DNA of 64,000 nt from an uncultured virus (IMG/VR IMGVR_UViG_3300006169_000035). Taxonomy: Duplodnaviria > Heunggongvirae > Uroviricota > Caudoviricetes. Location: IMG/VR virus record IMGVR_UViG_3300006169_000035; one strand, written 5' to 3'. Positions within the stretch are counted from its first letter, which is position 1, and every line of letters begins with the position of its first letter. The notes under the pieces were generated by a model, which made no database searches, had not been told where the DNA came from, and saw only the letters and a list, made by a program, of their open reading frames with translations. Positions 1 to 8,961 of the stretch are shown here, in pieces. The position numbers were made by a program, and so were the translations under genes.

Positions 1-367
1 ACTCGATCTCGTGCTTCACCGATCCGATCGCCGCTTCTCGTTCGTTGTCGGTCTTCGCTGCGTCGAGGAGCTCGTAGATGACCACGAGCACCGAGCGATA
101 CTCCCGGAGCCGGAGGTCTGCGGCGATTCGGTACGCGGCGAGTTCTTCGTAGGTCACCTGCGGCGCCTCGAAGACCGCAGGTGTTGTCGTCGGCTCAGTG
201 GCGTCCCGGACACGGCGAAGCACACCGCGATCGAGCAGGTGGTTCTCGGTTGGCTGCTTGGTGGTTGAGCCGCCGAACGGAGTCTCGGGAGCGGGAGACT
301 TCACCTGTTCGCGAGCTCCCGGAGGAGGGGCTTGACGAACACTGGGGCGTTTGTTGCGGACGGTCAT
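1..367 (-). CDS. Hypothetical protein, 3' end outside window
   Basis: ATG at 367 overlaps the HerA stop (ATGA); frame stays open to position 1 (MTVRNKRPSVRQAPPPG...). Confidence 0.6.
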   Translation of the reverse strand, partial: MTVRNKRPSVRQAPPPGAREQVKSPAPETPFGGSTTKQPTENHLLDRGVLRRVRDATEPTTTPAVFEAPQVTYEELAAYRIAADLRLREYRSVLVVIYELLDAAKTDNEREAAIGSVKHEIE

Positions 368-2124
368 GGCTTGTTGTGGAAGAAGATGCCCGAAAGACGC
401 ATGGGCCACTTGCGATCCTCGAAGATCCCCTTCTTGCGCAGGCGTCCGACGTAGGTGGAGAAGGTGCCCGACGACGCCTCCATAACAGCGGCGTGAGCGA
501 GTTCGACGCGATCGAGTCCTCGTTCGCCGGCGGCGACGAGAGCGTCGAACATGCGCTCCAGTCCGCCGCCACCGATCTCGTCGCGCCAGATCTGCACGAG
601 ATGAGCTCCAAGAGGTTCCGGTACAGGATCGAACGATCCGAGTTCTTGGTAGCCGAGCTTGGTGATCTGTAGCTGGTCGCGGCCTTCGATGAGCGAGTCC
701 TTCTTGAGGCGGCCGAGGTACGTCGAGAACGTGCCCGATGTAGGCACAAGGCGAGCCACGATGGCGACATCCCTGCGACTGGCCTCTCCTCCAAGGGTGG
801 CCAGCGCGATCAAGATCCGCCGCATGCCACCGTCTCGCCCGACGTCGACGCCGTTGATCGGGGCTGCCGAGCGCGGCGGCGATCTCTGCTCCGGAGGATC
901 GACAGTGACCGGCTTGTCTGCTGCGGCGATGAGTATGTTCTGGATGGAGTTCGTGGCCCCGAGCAAGCTGGTGACACACTTGTCTATTTGTCCGAACTCC
1001 TTCTGCAAAACGGCGATCGTCTTCTTGTGGGCAGCGTCGCCTGCAGCAAGCTCCTTGCGATGGCGCGCCTCGGCGGCTTGTGTCTCACGGAGCACGGCCC
1101 GATCGACGAGGCCGCGCAGCTCATCGCGATCGAGAGCGGGAGGCGGAGCACTGCGAGACGCAGGTCGCTTCGCCTTGGATAGCTCGGCTTCGAGTTCAGC
1201 GATCCGTAGTCGCAGACCCTCGGGACTTTCGTCGGGCGCGCTGGGCAGGTCGGCAAACTGTGGGACGAAGCGACGGATCTTGTTCGACGGAGCCGGCGGA
1301 CGGATCGTTCGACGCTCGCTCAGATCGGGATGGGTAGTGGCCGCTTTCGCGCTCTGGAACATGGCCACCTGAGCAAACTTCTCCCCCTCGCGGTCGACGA
1401 GGGCGGGGCCGTAACCGAACCACTGGCCTGGTTCTAGGTTGCGGATCTTCGTGTCGTCGCTGTTGGCCATGCCGAGCATCTTGCGAGCTCGGACGACGTC
1501 GACGTCGAGGATCGTCCGGCCAACCATGCGGTTGAGGCACTCGGCCGCGGCGTCGTTGTGGAGCGCCGTCAGACGCTGCGTCGAGAGGATCCCGGCAAAG
1601 CCACGCTTGCGGCCTTGCGAGAGCAGCGTGATTACGGAGTCCGTGCTCTCGGCCGGCGTCCCGCCACGCTCTGGGCAGAACTTGTGGACCTCGTCGATCA
1701 TCATGAAACACGGCTTCCACAAGGACTTGGGCACGCTCATCATGCTGTCAATGAAGCGGCGGACGAACGCTCGGCGTTCAGGGATCTTGAGGTCGTAGAG
1801 ATCGATGACGGCGCTGACTTCGAGTTCGAGCAACTTGCGCGCGAGCTTGGCCGCGGTGGCGACCGAGGGCTTGATCTCGCCTTCGCTGCCCACGAGCACG
1901 AGATCGATCTTCTCGCGCAGGCTTGCAAACTCACCTTCCGGATCGATGACGATCGTCTGGATCTTGGGAGCGAAGCGTTCCGCGAGGACGCGGATCGCAT
2001 AGCTCTTGCCGCTGCCCGAGCTGCCGGTGACGAGCATGCGCGTGTTGAGCAGGGTCGTCGCGTCGAGCAGAACGGACAGGCCTGACGTCGTCTTGCCGAG
2101 ATCGATCCGGAAGGGCTTGGTCAT
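364..2124 (-). CDS. HerA/FtsK-superfamily (DUF87-like) ATPase with coiled coil and two C-terminal winged-helix-like repeats
   Basis: Walker A GSSGSGKS, IDPEGE, Walker B MMIDEVH, QGRKRG, STQR; duplicated SGTFSTY(L/V)GRL(K/R)K motif. Confidence 0.85.
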   Translation of the reverse strand: MTKPFRIDLGKTTSGLSVLLDATTLLNTRMLVTGSSGSGKSYAIRVLAERFAPKIQTIVIDPEGEFASLREKIDLVLVGSEGEIKPSVATAAKLARKLLELEVSAVIDLYDLKIPERRAFVRRFIDSMMSVPKSLWKPCFMMIDEVHKFCPERGGTPAESTDSVITLLSQGRKRGFAGILSTQRLTALHNDAAAECLNRMVGRTILDVDVVRARKMLGMANSDDTKIRNLEPGQWFGYGPALVDREGEKFAQVAMFQSAKAATTHPDLSERRTIRPPAPSNKIRRFVPQFADLPSAPDESPEGLRLRIAELEAELSKAKRPASRSAPPPALDRDELRGLVDRAVLRETQAAEARHRKELAAGDAAHKKTIAVLQKEFGQIDKCVTSLLGATNSIQNILIAAADKPVTVDPPEQRSPPRSAAPINGVDVGRDGGMRRILIALATLGGEASRRDVAIVARLVPTSGTFSTYLGRLKKDSLIEGRDQLQITKLGYQELGSFDPVPEPLGAHLVQIWRDEIGGGGLERMFDALVAAGERGLDRVELAHAAVMEASSGTFSTYVGRLRKKGIFEDRKWPMRLSGIFFHNKP

Positions 2125-2134
2125 TGGGCCCTCC

Positions 2135-2356
2135 TCAAGCTCCCGGGGCCGGCAGACTCTTCACGAGTTCGTAGTCGCGGGACTCGAGCCGTCGACAGGC
2201 GACACGCGTTCGGCGTCCGGTCGTGTTCGCCCGAACCCAGGCCTTGTCACCGTCGACCTCCTCGACGGTGAGGACGCGATCCTTGGTACGCGTGTCGCGA
2301 TCGCGGTATCGCTGACCGATCTGGACGTTGTGGGTGCCGTTTTTCTGAGTGCTCAT
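2135..2356 (-). CDS. Small hypothetical protein (SH3-like beta-barrel pattern)
   Basis: 73 aa, VQIGQRYRDRD...VLTVEEV; overlaps neighbour. Confidence 0.6.
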   Translation of the reverse strand: MSTQKNGTHNVQIGQRYRDRDTRTKDRVLTVEEVDGDKAWVRANTTGRRTRVACRRLESRDYELVKSLPAPGA

Positions 2357-2643
2357 CGTCTTCGTGCCTTGGCTTTCTTCTTCTTCCTGCCGCGACCTGC
2401 TTGCAGGTCTGCGGGAACTCGATCGGTGGCTGGAGGCGCGGCCGTCGGGACTGCCGGAACTGCGACTTGCAGCTGCTTGACGGTGAGGGATCCATCCTCC
2501 TCGATGGTGATCGCGATGAACCCCGGGAGACCTCCGTGAGGATGGATCCCGACCTGCACAGTGGCAGGAAGATCTGCTTCTTTGCTGAACGAAGACGGCT
2601 TTGCCCCGATGGACATCATCGTCACTGCGATCGTGGCCTTCAT
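2353..2643 (-). CDS. Hypothetical protein with basic C-terminus
   Basis: MKATIAVTMM...; ATGA coupling on both sides. Confidence 0.55.
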   Translation of the reverse strand: MKATIAVTMMSIGAKPSSFSKEADLPATVQVGIHPHGGLPGFIAITIEEDGSLTVKQLQVAVPAVPTAAPPATDRVPADLQAGRGRKKKKAKARRR

Positions 2644-3152
2644 GGCGCAGCTCCCGGAGCGAAGCCGAGGTCCTCCATGTGCTGAGCGACGAAGTCTCCG
2701 AGCCCGTCGATCATGCCGAGCCACGTTCCGTGCTCGACAAACTCGTCGTGTCCTACGAGGACGAGTTCGCAGACCTGGAACCTCGGAAGGCTCATCGCGA
2801 TCGTCCTGCCGCTCTGATCGCTGTGCACGAATAGCAGTCGACGGTCGCTCATGCCTGGTCGCGGATCGGGCTGAGCCGTGGAGAGAACGACGTACGTCGC
2901 GAACGCGCCGCGATACGTGAATCGTTGCTTGTGCTGCAGCTCGCTTGGGATCCGTTCGTTCTTCTTCATGGTGTTGTTCGATCCGCGTGGCGATGTTGGG
3001 GCAAGACGGACTCCTGCGAAGTGCGTGCGGTAGAACGACGCCGACAGGACAGTTCGACGACGACGAAACGCTCGCGCGATCGCAGCGCGCTCAAGGTACG
3101 AGACCCAGGTGCGCTCCATCGCAGCGAAGTCCGGATGAGGAGGAATGCCCAT
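2640..3152 (-). CDS. Hypothetical protein (alternative start 2969)
   Basis: ORF fits the operon, GGAGG upstream of 3152. Confidence 0.5.
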   Translation of the reverse strand: MGIPPHPDFAAMERTWVSYLERAAIARAFRRRRTVLSASFYRTHFAGVRLAPTSPRGSNNTMKKNERIPSELQHKQRFTYRGAFATYVVLSTAQPDPRPGMSDRRLLFVHSDQSGRTIAMSLPRFQVCELVLVGHDEFVEHGTWLGMIDGLGDFVAQHMEDLGFAPGAAP

Positions 3153-3158
3153 GCCTCC

Positions 3159-4265
3159 TCAGATGCACTCGCACACGAGCTGCTGAGGCGGCAGGCACTC
3201 GCCAGTGCTCGAGCCGTTGGTGTTCGACGAACTCGACGACTCGCCACCGTCGGAGCTGCTGCCGCCGACCTCGGGCTCGTCGACGAAGCGGCCGAGCCAG
3301 TTCGCGGCAGCGTCGCGGTAGTAGAGCGGCCAGCTGTGCCCGTTGCCTCCGGTGCCGGTGTACTCGCACCAGACCGTGCGCTCGCTTGTGCACGTGTATT
3401 CCAGGCACTCGCAGTCGATCTGACCGGTGCACGCAGTCCCGAGTCCAGCGCCGGCGGCCTGATCGGCGAAGGGCACCATGTGGTCGTAGTGCGTGCCGCT
3501 CTGCGGATCGCAGCCGTTGATCGCGAGCCACGCGTCGCGAGCCGGACGCGTGTACGTCGTCGGCGGAACGAGCGTGTCGTTCGTCGAGGCCATCGCCATG
3601 ATGGGCACCGGACCGTTGCACTCCTCGGGCTCGGGCAACGGATGGACCGTGACGCCGTAGGGGTTGACGGGGTGGTGCACGCCGCCAAGAGCCGCCCACA
3701 CCGCTGCAACGCCATCGCGACGGCACGCAAACCCCTGTGCAGCGAAGGCTCCAGAGCTCACGCCGGCGTGATAGCGGCGCTCTCCGTCGATGCAGTACGC
3801 GGACTCGACAGCCGTCCGCATCGCGTCGTAGTACGGTAGGTCGGAGGCGGTGGGCGCGATGTCCCAGCACGTACCCGCCGCATCGCCGGCGACGACGAGG
3901 ACGGGGTACGGATCCACATCGTCAGCGAGCCAGAAGGGGTTGTTCGTGCGTGCCCACAGGGTGTTCCACGAGCCGTTTTGCTCGTTGCCGCCGCAGGCAT
4001 GGAAGCTGTAGAGGACGGGGATCGGATCGGTCCCGTTCCAGCCGGCGGGGACGTCGACGCGGTAGTTGCGTGCGACGCCTCCGACGTCGACAGAGAAGGT
4101 TCCGGCGGCCGTGTTCGGCGTGCCATCGCATCCCGAGCTCGGCCCAACGCGGAAGGAGAACGGCTCGAGCCGAGCGACGGACTCGGGCTCGCTGCATCCG
4201 AGCAGCGTCAGCACGACGATGAAGAAGATCTTGGTGAATCTGTTGAAGTTGCACAGGGGGTACAT
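3159..4265 (-). CDS. Lipoprotein alpha/beta-hydrolase, PHB-depolymerase/LpqC-like esterase
   Basis: Lipobox LLGC; RNYRVDVP..PIPVLYSFHACGG; nucleophile elbow GVSSG; NDTLVP; GHSWP; Ser/Gly-rich tail. Confidence 0.8.
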   Translation of the reverse strand: MYPLCNFNRFTKIFFIVVLTLLGCSEPESVARLEPFSFRVGPSSGCDGTPNTAAGTFSVDVGGVARNYRVDVPAGWNGTDPIPVLYSFHACGGNEQNGSWNTLWARTNNPFWLADDVDPYPVLVVAGDAAGTCWDIAPTASDLPYYDAMRTAVESAYCIDGERRYHAGVSSGAFAAQGFACRRDGVAAVWAALGGVHHPVNPYGVTVHPLPEPEECNGPVPIMAMASTNDTLVPPTTYTRPARDAWLAINGCDPQSGTHYDHMVPFADQAAGAGLGTACTGQIDCECLEYTCTSERTVWCEYTGTGGNGHSWPLYYRDAAANWLGRFVDEPEVGGSSSDGGESSSSSNTNGSSTGECLPPQQLVCECI

Positions 4266-4270
4266 GGTCG

Positions 4271-4615
4271 TCAGTCCTCTGGGGGAACGATTCGAAGCTC
4301 GCGAGGATCGTCGCGAGGAGGTGCCGGTGGATCCGGAGGGTCGATGAACGCTGGGAACGGCGGCGGATCTTCCAGCTTGCGACCGAAGTTGAGGAGGAAC
4401 TCGATCCGCAGTCGAGCAGCGGCGAGGATGAAGCCCTGCTTGATCCCCGACTCCTTCGTCGTGTGCTCGAAGCCCCATGCGATCGCCTCGCGGGCGGCCT
4501 TCTCGGCACGCAACCTGCCTCTGCGATAGCCCTCGTGGTAGCTCAAGACACCCACGAATGCCGAGCCGGCAATCAAGGCAAGCGCAACGAGTACGCCGAA
4601 GACCTCCGCCGTCAT
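4271..4615 (-). CDS. Membrane-anchored hypothetical protein
   Basis: N-terminal TM VFGVLVALALIAGSAFVGVL. Confidence 0.6.
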   Translation of the reverse strand: MTAEVFGVLVALALIAGSAFVGVLSYHEGYRRGRLRAEKAAREAIAWGFEHTTKESGIKQGFILAAARLRIEFLLNFGRKLEDPPPFPAFIDPPDPPAPPRDDPRELRIVPPED

Positions 4616-5178
4616 CGTGGCCACCTCGACGGATGATGATCGGGATCTGGTGACCATTCCGGATCGGAGTCCTCGCGCAGGCCGCGAAGCAGGATCGCCA
4701 AGGTGATCTCGGTGTCATCGTGCGGCAGGAGCTGCATAAGCATCCGATCGCACAGTGGACCGTTGATCGGGCCGAAGTCCTCTGGGTCGTCGGACTGAAA
4801 CACGCGCAGGTCGAACTCAGCGACCACCATAGATGGGTCACAGTCGGATGGCTTCTGTTCGTAGTCGGCTTCTAGCCGCTCGACAAGGATCGTGCGGTGC
4901 GGATCGATGGCGACACTGAGCCCGAGGATCTGAGCGTGCGCATACGGCATCTCGACGTGGAGCCGCGTTCGCCGGCGAGCGGCCAAGTCAGCGCCAAACG
5001 CGAAGATCGACATGCCGTAGGTGACGAACGAAGACCCGATGTCTCGCACGCAGACGGAACGATCTCCGCGAGCGAAGATGAACTCGTCGATCTCGTCTTC
5101 GACGCGCTTGCTCGACGGCAGCACGAGAGCGGAGGCGGTGAGCCCGAGGCCCGAGAGAAAGGATCGTCGAGTCAGCAC
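4612..5178 (-). CDS. Hypothetical protein with twin-arginine-like N-terminus
   Basis: GTG start, LTRRSFLSGLGLTASALVL. Confidence 0.6.
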   Translation of the reverse strand: MLTRRSFLSGLGLTASALVLPSSKRVEDEIDEFIFARGDRSVCVRDIGSSFVTYGMSIFAFGADLAARRRTRLHVEMPYAHAQILGLSVAIDPHRTILVERLEADYEQKPSDCDPSMVVAEFDLRVFQSDDPEDFGPINGPLCDRMLMQLLPHDDTEITLAILLRGLREDSDPEWSPDPDHHPSRWPR

Positions 5179-5501
5179 GGCTTCACCTCGCCGCCCCACA
5201 TCAGCGGGCGAAGGCGTTCGAACTGCTCCTTTGTGATCGGCCACGCGCCGACGAGGACGGGCGGAACCGGCGGCGGCGCAGTCATCCACGTGAACGGCAC
5301 AGGTTGCTTTGCAGGACGTCCGAGGAGCACGTCCTCGACTTCCTGCCTGAGCCAGTCGACCGGTGATCCGTCGATGACGACGTTGTGGTAGTGGACCATG
5401 GGAGCACCGCCGGCGATGCGGATGTTCGTGGTGAGCGTGTACGCGATGAGGAAGTACTTTCTCTCGTCGCCGCGGTAGGGATCGTCTGGCGTCACGCTCA
5501 T
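5172..5501 (-). CDS. Hypothetical protein
   Basis: MSVTPDDPYRGDERKYFLIAY...; coupled to neighbours. Confidence 0.55.
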   Translation of the reverse strand: MSVTPDDPYRGDERKYFLIAYTLTTNIRIAGGAPMVHYHNVVIDGSPVDWLRQEVEDVLLGRPAKQPVPFTWMTAPPPVPPVLVGAWPITKEQFERLRPLMWGGEVKPC

Positions 5502-5767
5502 GATGCTGTCTCCCGGAGACGCCGAATGATCGCGACGACGGTTCGCTCGACGAGCTTCGCTCCGGCAGCCAGTGCTGCAGCGTGTCGTGTCGGGTTGAGA
5601 TCGTAGTGCGGGCTCGAGCCGTCCTGGAACCACTGCCGACGCAGGCCGATCTTCTTCGCGAACGCGTGCAGCTCGTCGAGGCTGTCGGCGAGCATGTGAG
5701 CGGCCCGTGGCCACCGCCAGCTTCGCGACACCGACACGGTACGCAGCTTGTCGACGTAGACGGTCAC
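5498..5767 (-). CDS. DUF4031 family protein
   Basis: VYVD...HMLADSLDELHAFAKKIGLRRQWFQ...PHYDL...ALAAGA. Confidence 0.85.
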   Translation of the reverse strand: MTVYVDKLRTVSVSRSWRWPRAAHMLADSLDELHAFAKKIGLRRQWFQDGSSPHYDLNPTRHAAALAAGAKLVERTVVAIIRRLRETAS

Positions 5768-5903
5768 TTCGATTCGGCCTCTACTTCGGCGGGTGGCGGC
5801 GTGCGGGTGCGCAGCGCGAACGAGAGCGCCAGGCCGCCGGCGAACACCGTGATGATGATCGCCAGCATGATGAAGAGATCAGCGTCGCGCTTGAGTGGAC
5901 GGG

Positions 5904-6254
5904 TCACTTCTTGCCCTTCCTTCGTTGATGGATCCTCTGCTCGACGGCTGAGCGAGCCGCCGAGCCCTTGCCAGGGGTCAGGCGGCCGCGGGTCTTCGCA
6001 GGCGCCTCGGGCTCGCTGGACGCAGGAGCCGGCACCACCTCTCGCGCAAGGATCAGCCTGGCCCCGATCACTCCGTCGGGATCGACCTCGTTCGGGACCA
6101 TGCGGAGACGTATGCGATAGCCCGCCTGCTCCAGAGCAGCAACGAGGCGTTGAAGCTCGACGAGCTCGGTGTACAGCGCGTCGATGATCAGGATGGCGGA
6201 GAAGCCTACGGGACGAGGCGAGTCTTTGGTGAGCGGTGTGATCATGGGGTGCAC
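5904..6254 (-). CDS. Hypothetical protein
   Basis: ORF with GGAGG upstream, fits the operon. Confidence 0.5.
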   Translation of the reverse strand: MHPMITPLTKDSPRPVGFSAILIIDALYTELVELQRLVAALEQAGYRIRLRMVPNEVDPDGVIGARLILAREVVPAPASSEPEAPAKTRGRLTPGKGSAARSAVEQRIHQRRKGKK

Positions 6255-6263
6255 CCTCCTTCA

Positions 6264-6854
6264 TCATGGCGATCTGATCGCGCGGTACTTCTCCAGCCAC
6301 GCGCAGACTTCGTCGTCGTTGTAGTCGTCTCCGCCGTCGTTGTGTGTCGATCGGCTCTCCAGGAGCTCGAAGGCCTCGGTGAGGAGTTGCTCGTGCTCAT
6401 GCTTGAGCAGGTCCTTGAATGCTTCTCGGCCCTTCTCATCCAGGGGAGTTCCGGGCGGACGCACGCGAAGACCCTCACGGAGCCGGCGCTGAGCCAACGC
6501 GATCTGGTTGGCCACAGCAGGCCGTCGACGAGCCGTCATGCTCATCGTCACCACGATCGGTTCGTTCGCGAGATGCTCGTGAATCGTCGTGTCCTCATCG
6601 GTCGCCAGCGTCGCCTGGATCCGATCGGCCTCTGCAGCAGCGCGGCAGCTCGGGCATGGCTTGCCGTGTTTCTCCGCTCGCTCTTCGGGCGGCACGCCAG
6701 GATCGACGCACGGGATCGGATCAGGGCGGTGGCGCGGACACAAGATCACCGGCCCTGGCTGGAAGTACCAGCCGATCGCGCGCAGGCCCACGGCTCCACC
6801 TTCGCCGACTGCGGTTGCGTCGCAACCCGGCTCTTCACACTCCCAGAGATTCAT
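6264..6854 (-). CDS. Cys-rich (Zn-finger-like) hypothetical protein
   Basis: CEEPGC, CPRH, CPSC motifs; GGAG RBS. Confidence 0.55.
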   Translation of the reverse strand: MNLWECEEPGCDATAVGEGGAVGLRAIGWYFQPGPVILCPRHRPDPIPCVDPGVPPEERAEKHGKPCPSCRAAAEADRIQATLATDEDTTIHEHLANEPIVVTMSMTARRRPAVANQIALAQRRLREGLRVRPPGTPLDEKGREAFKDLLKHEHEQLLTEAFELLESRSTHNDGGDDYNDDEVCAWLEKYRAIRSP

Positions 6855-7152
6855 GCTGCTCCTTTGCTGCCGCGATCGCGGCGTCACGAGTTGCCTTGCG
6901 GCGCAGACGCTCTTCGACTTCCTGAAGAAGGATCGAGCCGGACACGCCGAGTGCGGCCCCGATCCGGTGAAGCACCTCGACGCCGACCTGGTATCGCGCC
7001 GTCTCGATCGCGCTGATGGTGCGGTGGTCGAGTTCGGCGAGCTCGGCGAGGCGCGCCTGTGAGAAACCGCGACCGGTCCGGCGCGCCGCGATCACGACCC
7101 CGAGTACGCGACTGAGCTCACCGGGTCGACTTCGAAGAGTTCGGCGCTTCAC
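6835..7152 (-). CDS. XRE/Cro-family HTH transcriptional regulator
   Basis: RGFSQARLAELAELDHRTISAIETA...LHRIGAALGV. Confidence 0.85.
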   Translation of the reverse strand: MKRRTLRSRPGELSRVLGVVIAARRTGRGFSQARLAELAELDHRTISAIETARYQVGVEVLHRIGAALGVSGSILLQEVEERLRRKATRDAAIAAAKEQHESLGV

Positions 7153-7799
7153 GACTCGGCCTCCGGGTTCGCGCGATGCTTCTCGCACGGGTGCACGTGT
7201 GGTCCGCCGCCGTGGGTCTGATTGTCGTCGTCGGGGTGATAGCGGCAGCCGCAGCGATCGTCGATCCATTCGACACCGCTCCACACGAGATGATGAGGTC
7301 GGTTCGGTTCAGTGGGGGGTGCGAAGTCAATCGCCGCACACCTATAGCCCTCGGCCCAGTGCGACGTGGGCACGAGCGTGCGACGACGAAGAGCACGCTC
7401 CGTCTCCGGGAGCGTGTACTCGGCGAAGGGAAGCCGTGCGTTGGCGGCGGACCTCCACGCTGCACGAAACCTCTCCGCGGCGTCTGGTGACACGTGCTCG
7501 TGAAGCCACGCGATGGGGTCAATCGAGAAGTCCTCGAAGTCGGTTCGCTGGGGCTCCGGACGATCCGGCTTCGAGGACAGAGCTGAGAGCACCGCGATCG
7601 GCTTGCCGTCGCGGGTGATCGCGACGGCACCGATGCTCGCGGCCTGGGAGAGCCAGGCGTCCGGCGCGGCACGAAACTGCTCCTGTGTGCACTCGCGATC
7701 GTGCGGGTCGCAGGGAAGCGCGTCGAAGTCGATCTGGTCGCAGATCGGGCAGCCGGGGTGACCGTAGTCGGCGCACGTCTTGTTCTCGAAGACACTCAT
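7149..7799 (-). CDS. Cys/His-rich hypothetical protein
   Basis: MSVFENKTCADYGHPGCPIC...CGCRYH...HPCEKH. Confidence 0.55.
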   Translation of the reverse strand: MSVFENKTCADYGHPGCPICDQIDFDALPCDPHDRECTQEQFRAAPDAWLSQAASIGAVAITRDGKPIAVLSALSSKPDRPEPQRTDFEDFSIDPIAWLHEHVSPDAAERFRAAWRSAANARLPFAEYTLPETERALRRRTLVPTSHWAEGYRCAAIDFAPPTEPNRPHHLVWSGVEWIDDRCGCRYHPDDDNQTHGGGPHVHPCEKHRANPEAES

Positions 7800-8388
7800 C
7801 GGTAGTCCTCCCGTGCGATCACGGCCGGGCGCAGCTTCGGAAGAAAGAGCTCGACGCGCTCCCACCACTCGAACGGCAACACGGCCGTCGCAGTGCGCCG
7901 CTGCCACCGACCGCCGCGAAGACGTCGGTACAGCGCGACGTCGCCTAGGAGTACGTCAACGATGCGCACCGGACGTGCTCCCTTTCTTGGGTTCATAGTG
8001 GCCGCCCGAGCAGACCCGCGAGTCGTAGCAGCCGCTCGGACAGTAGAAGTCCTTGCGACCCGGCACGAGGACGAACGGAGCCATCAGGCCGGGTTGCTGT
8101 CGAAGCGTCGAGACAGTCTCGACCACGATGAGCGGCTGCCGGCACCAGGGGCAGGTCGTACCCGTTGTTGTCGTGCCAGCGATCACGACGTGCTCCCTTC
8201 TTCGGGCTCGCAGCTGCAAACCCTCACGACTGGGCTACATCCGTTGCCCCCCTCGACACGGATCCGGTGTCTCGGATGCGGGCAGGTCAGGCCTCCGTCG
8301 ATCGTGCGATCACGGCACGGCTGGTCGGCGGAGATCGGTTCGGGATTGCAGGCTGTCGCGATGAGCAGCAGCGCGAGACGAAGCGCCG

Positions 8389-8763
8389 TCAGCCCTTTCC
8401 GAGCTTCTTCGCCTCGGCCTGCAGCTTCTTCTGCATGGCCTTGGTCTTGACCCGACCGGATCCGGGTCCGACGTCCTTCGAGGCCCGGGCCACGGCCGCA
8501 TTCCGAGCGCAGGCCTCCCGGGCCTTCTCCGAGAGCGGGCTGCGAGCAGGGTTCGGCGCTGCGCCGCGGGCCGAGATCTCGCTGCGCAGCGCCTCGACGT
8601 CGTCGTGCAGCTCCGCAACCTCCTCTCGTGTCGCGCCGAGTTCGGCGAGCTGCTCGCGAAGTGCTTGCAGCTCGAGCCGTAGGGCGGCGATCTCGGTGGC
8701 CGTCGGGTTGGTCGGTGTGCGTGGTGGAGGTTGGCGTCTCGGCATCGCGCATGACGGGGCCAT
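8389..8763 (-). CDS. Coiled-coil hypothetical protein, first gene of the leftward arm
   Basis: Heptad pattern EIAALRLELQALREQLAEL...; exact start uncertain. Confidence 0.55.
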   Translation of the reverse strand: MAPSCAMPRRQPPPRTPTNPTATEIAALRLELQALREQLAELGATREEVAELHDDVEALRSEISARGAAPNPARSPLSEKAREACARNAAVARASKDVGPGSGRVKTKAMQKKLQAEAKKLGKG

Positions 8764-8799
8764 GCCCCAGTGGTGGAGGTGAGAGCGTGCGCGGCATGG

Positions 8800-8961
8800 G
8801 ACGAATCTTGTAGAATCTAATAGGAATCTTATGGGAAACGCAAGTCTTCCGTGCCGCGCCCGCTACGCAGGCCTCCCGCCGGCGGCTAGATCCCGTCTAA
8901 ACGCCCGTTTACGGCACTTCTGAGGCATCCTGCTTCCGTACGCCAAAGAACACTTCATTAT
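8800..8961. promoter_or_regulatory. Divergent control region with three GAATCT direct repeats
   Basis: AT-rich patch; GAATCT at 8803, 8813, 8824; lies between the leftward arm and the integrase. Confidence 0.55.

Noticed and set aside
364..2124. HerA as part of a Sir2-HerA/Nezha-type defence system, or as the genome-packaging ATPase
   Set aside because: No sirtuin or nuclease neighbour; long C-terminal extensions and an accessory-arm location do not fit a compact packaging ATPase
4612..5178. Tat-exported enzyme
   Set aside because: RRSFL motif is present, but the hydrophobic region is short and no catalytic domain is recognisable
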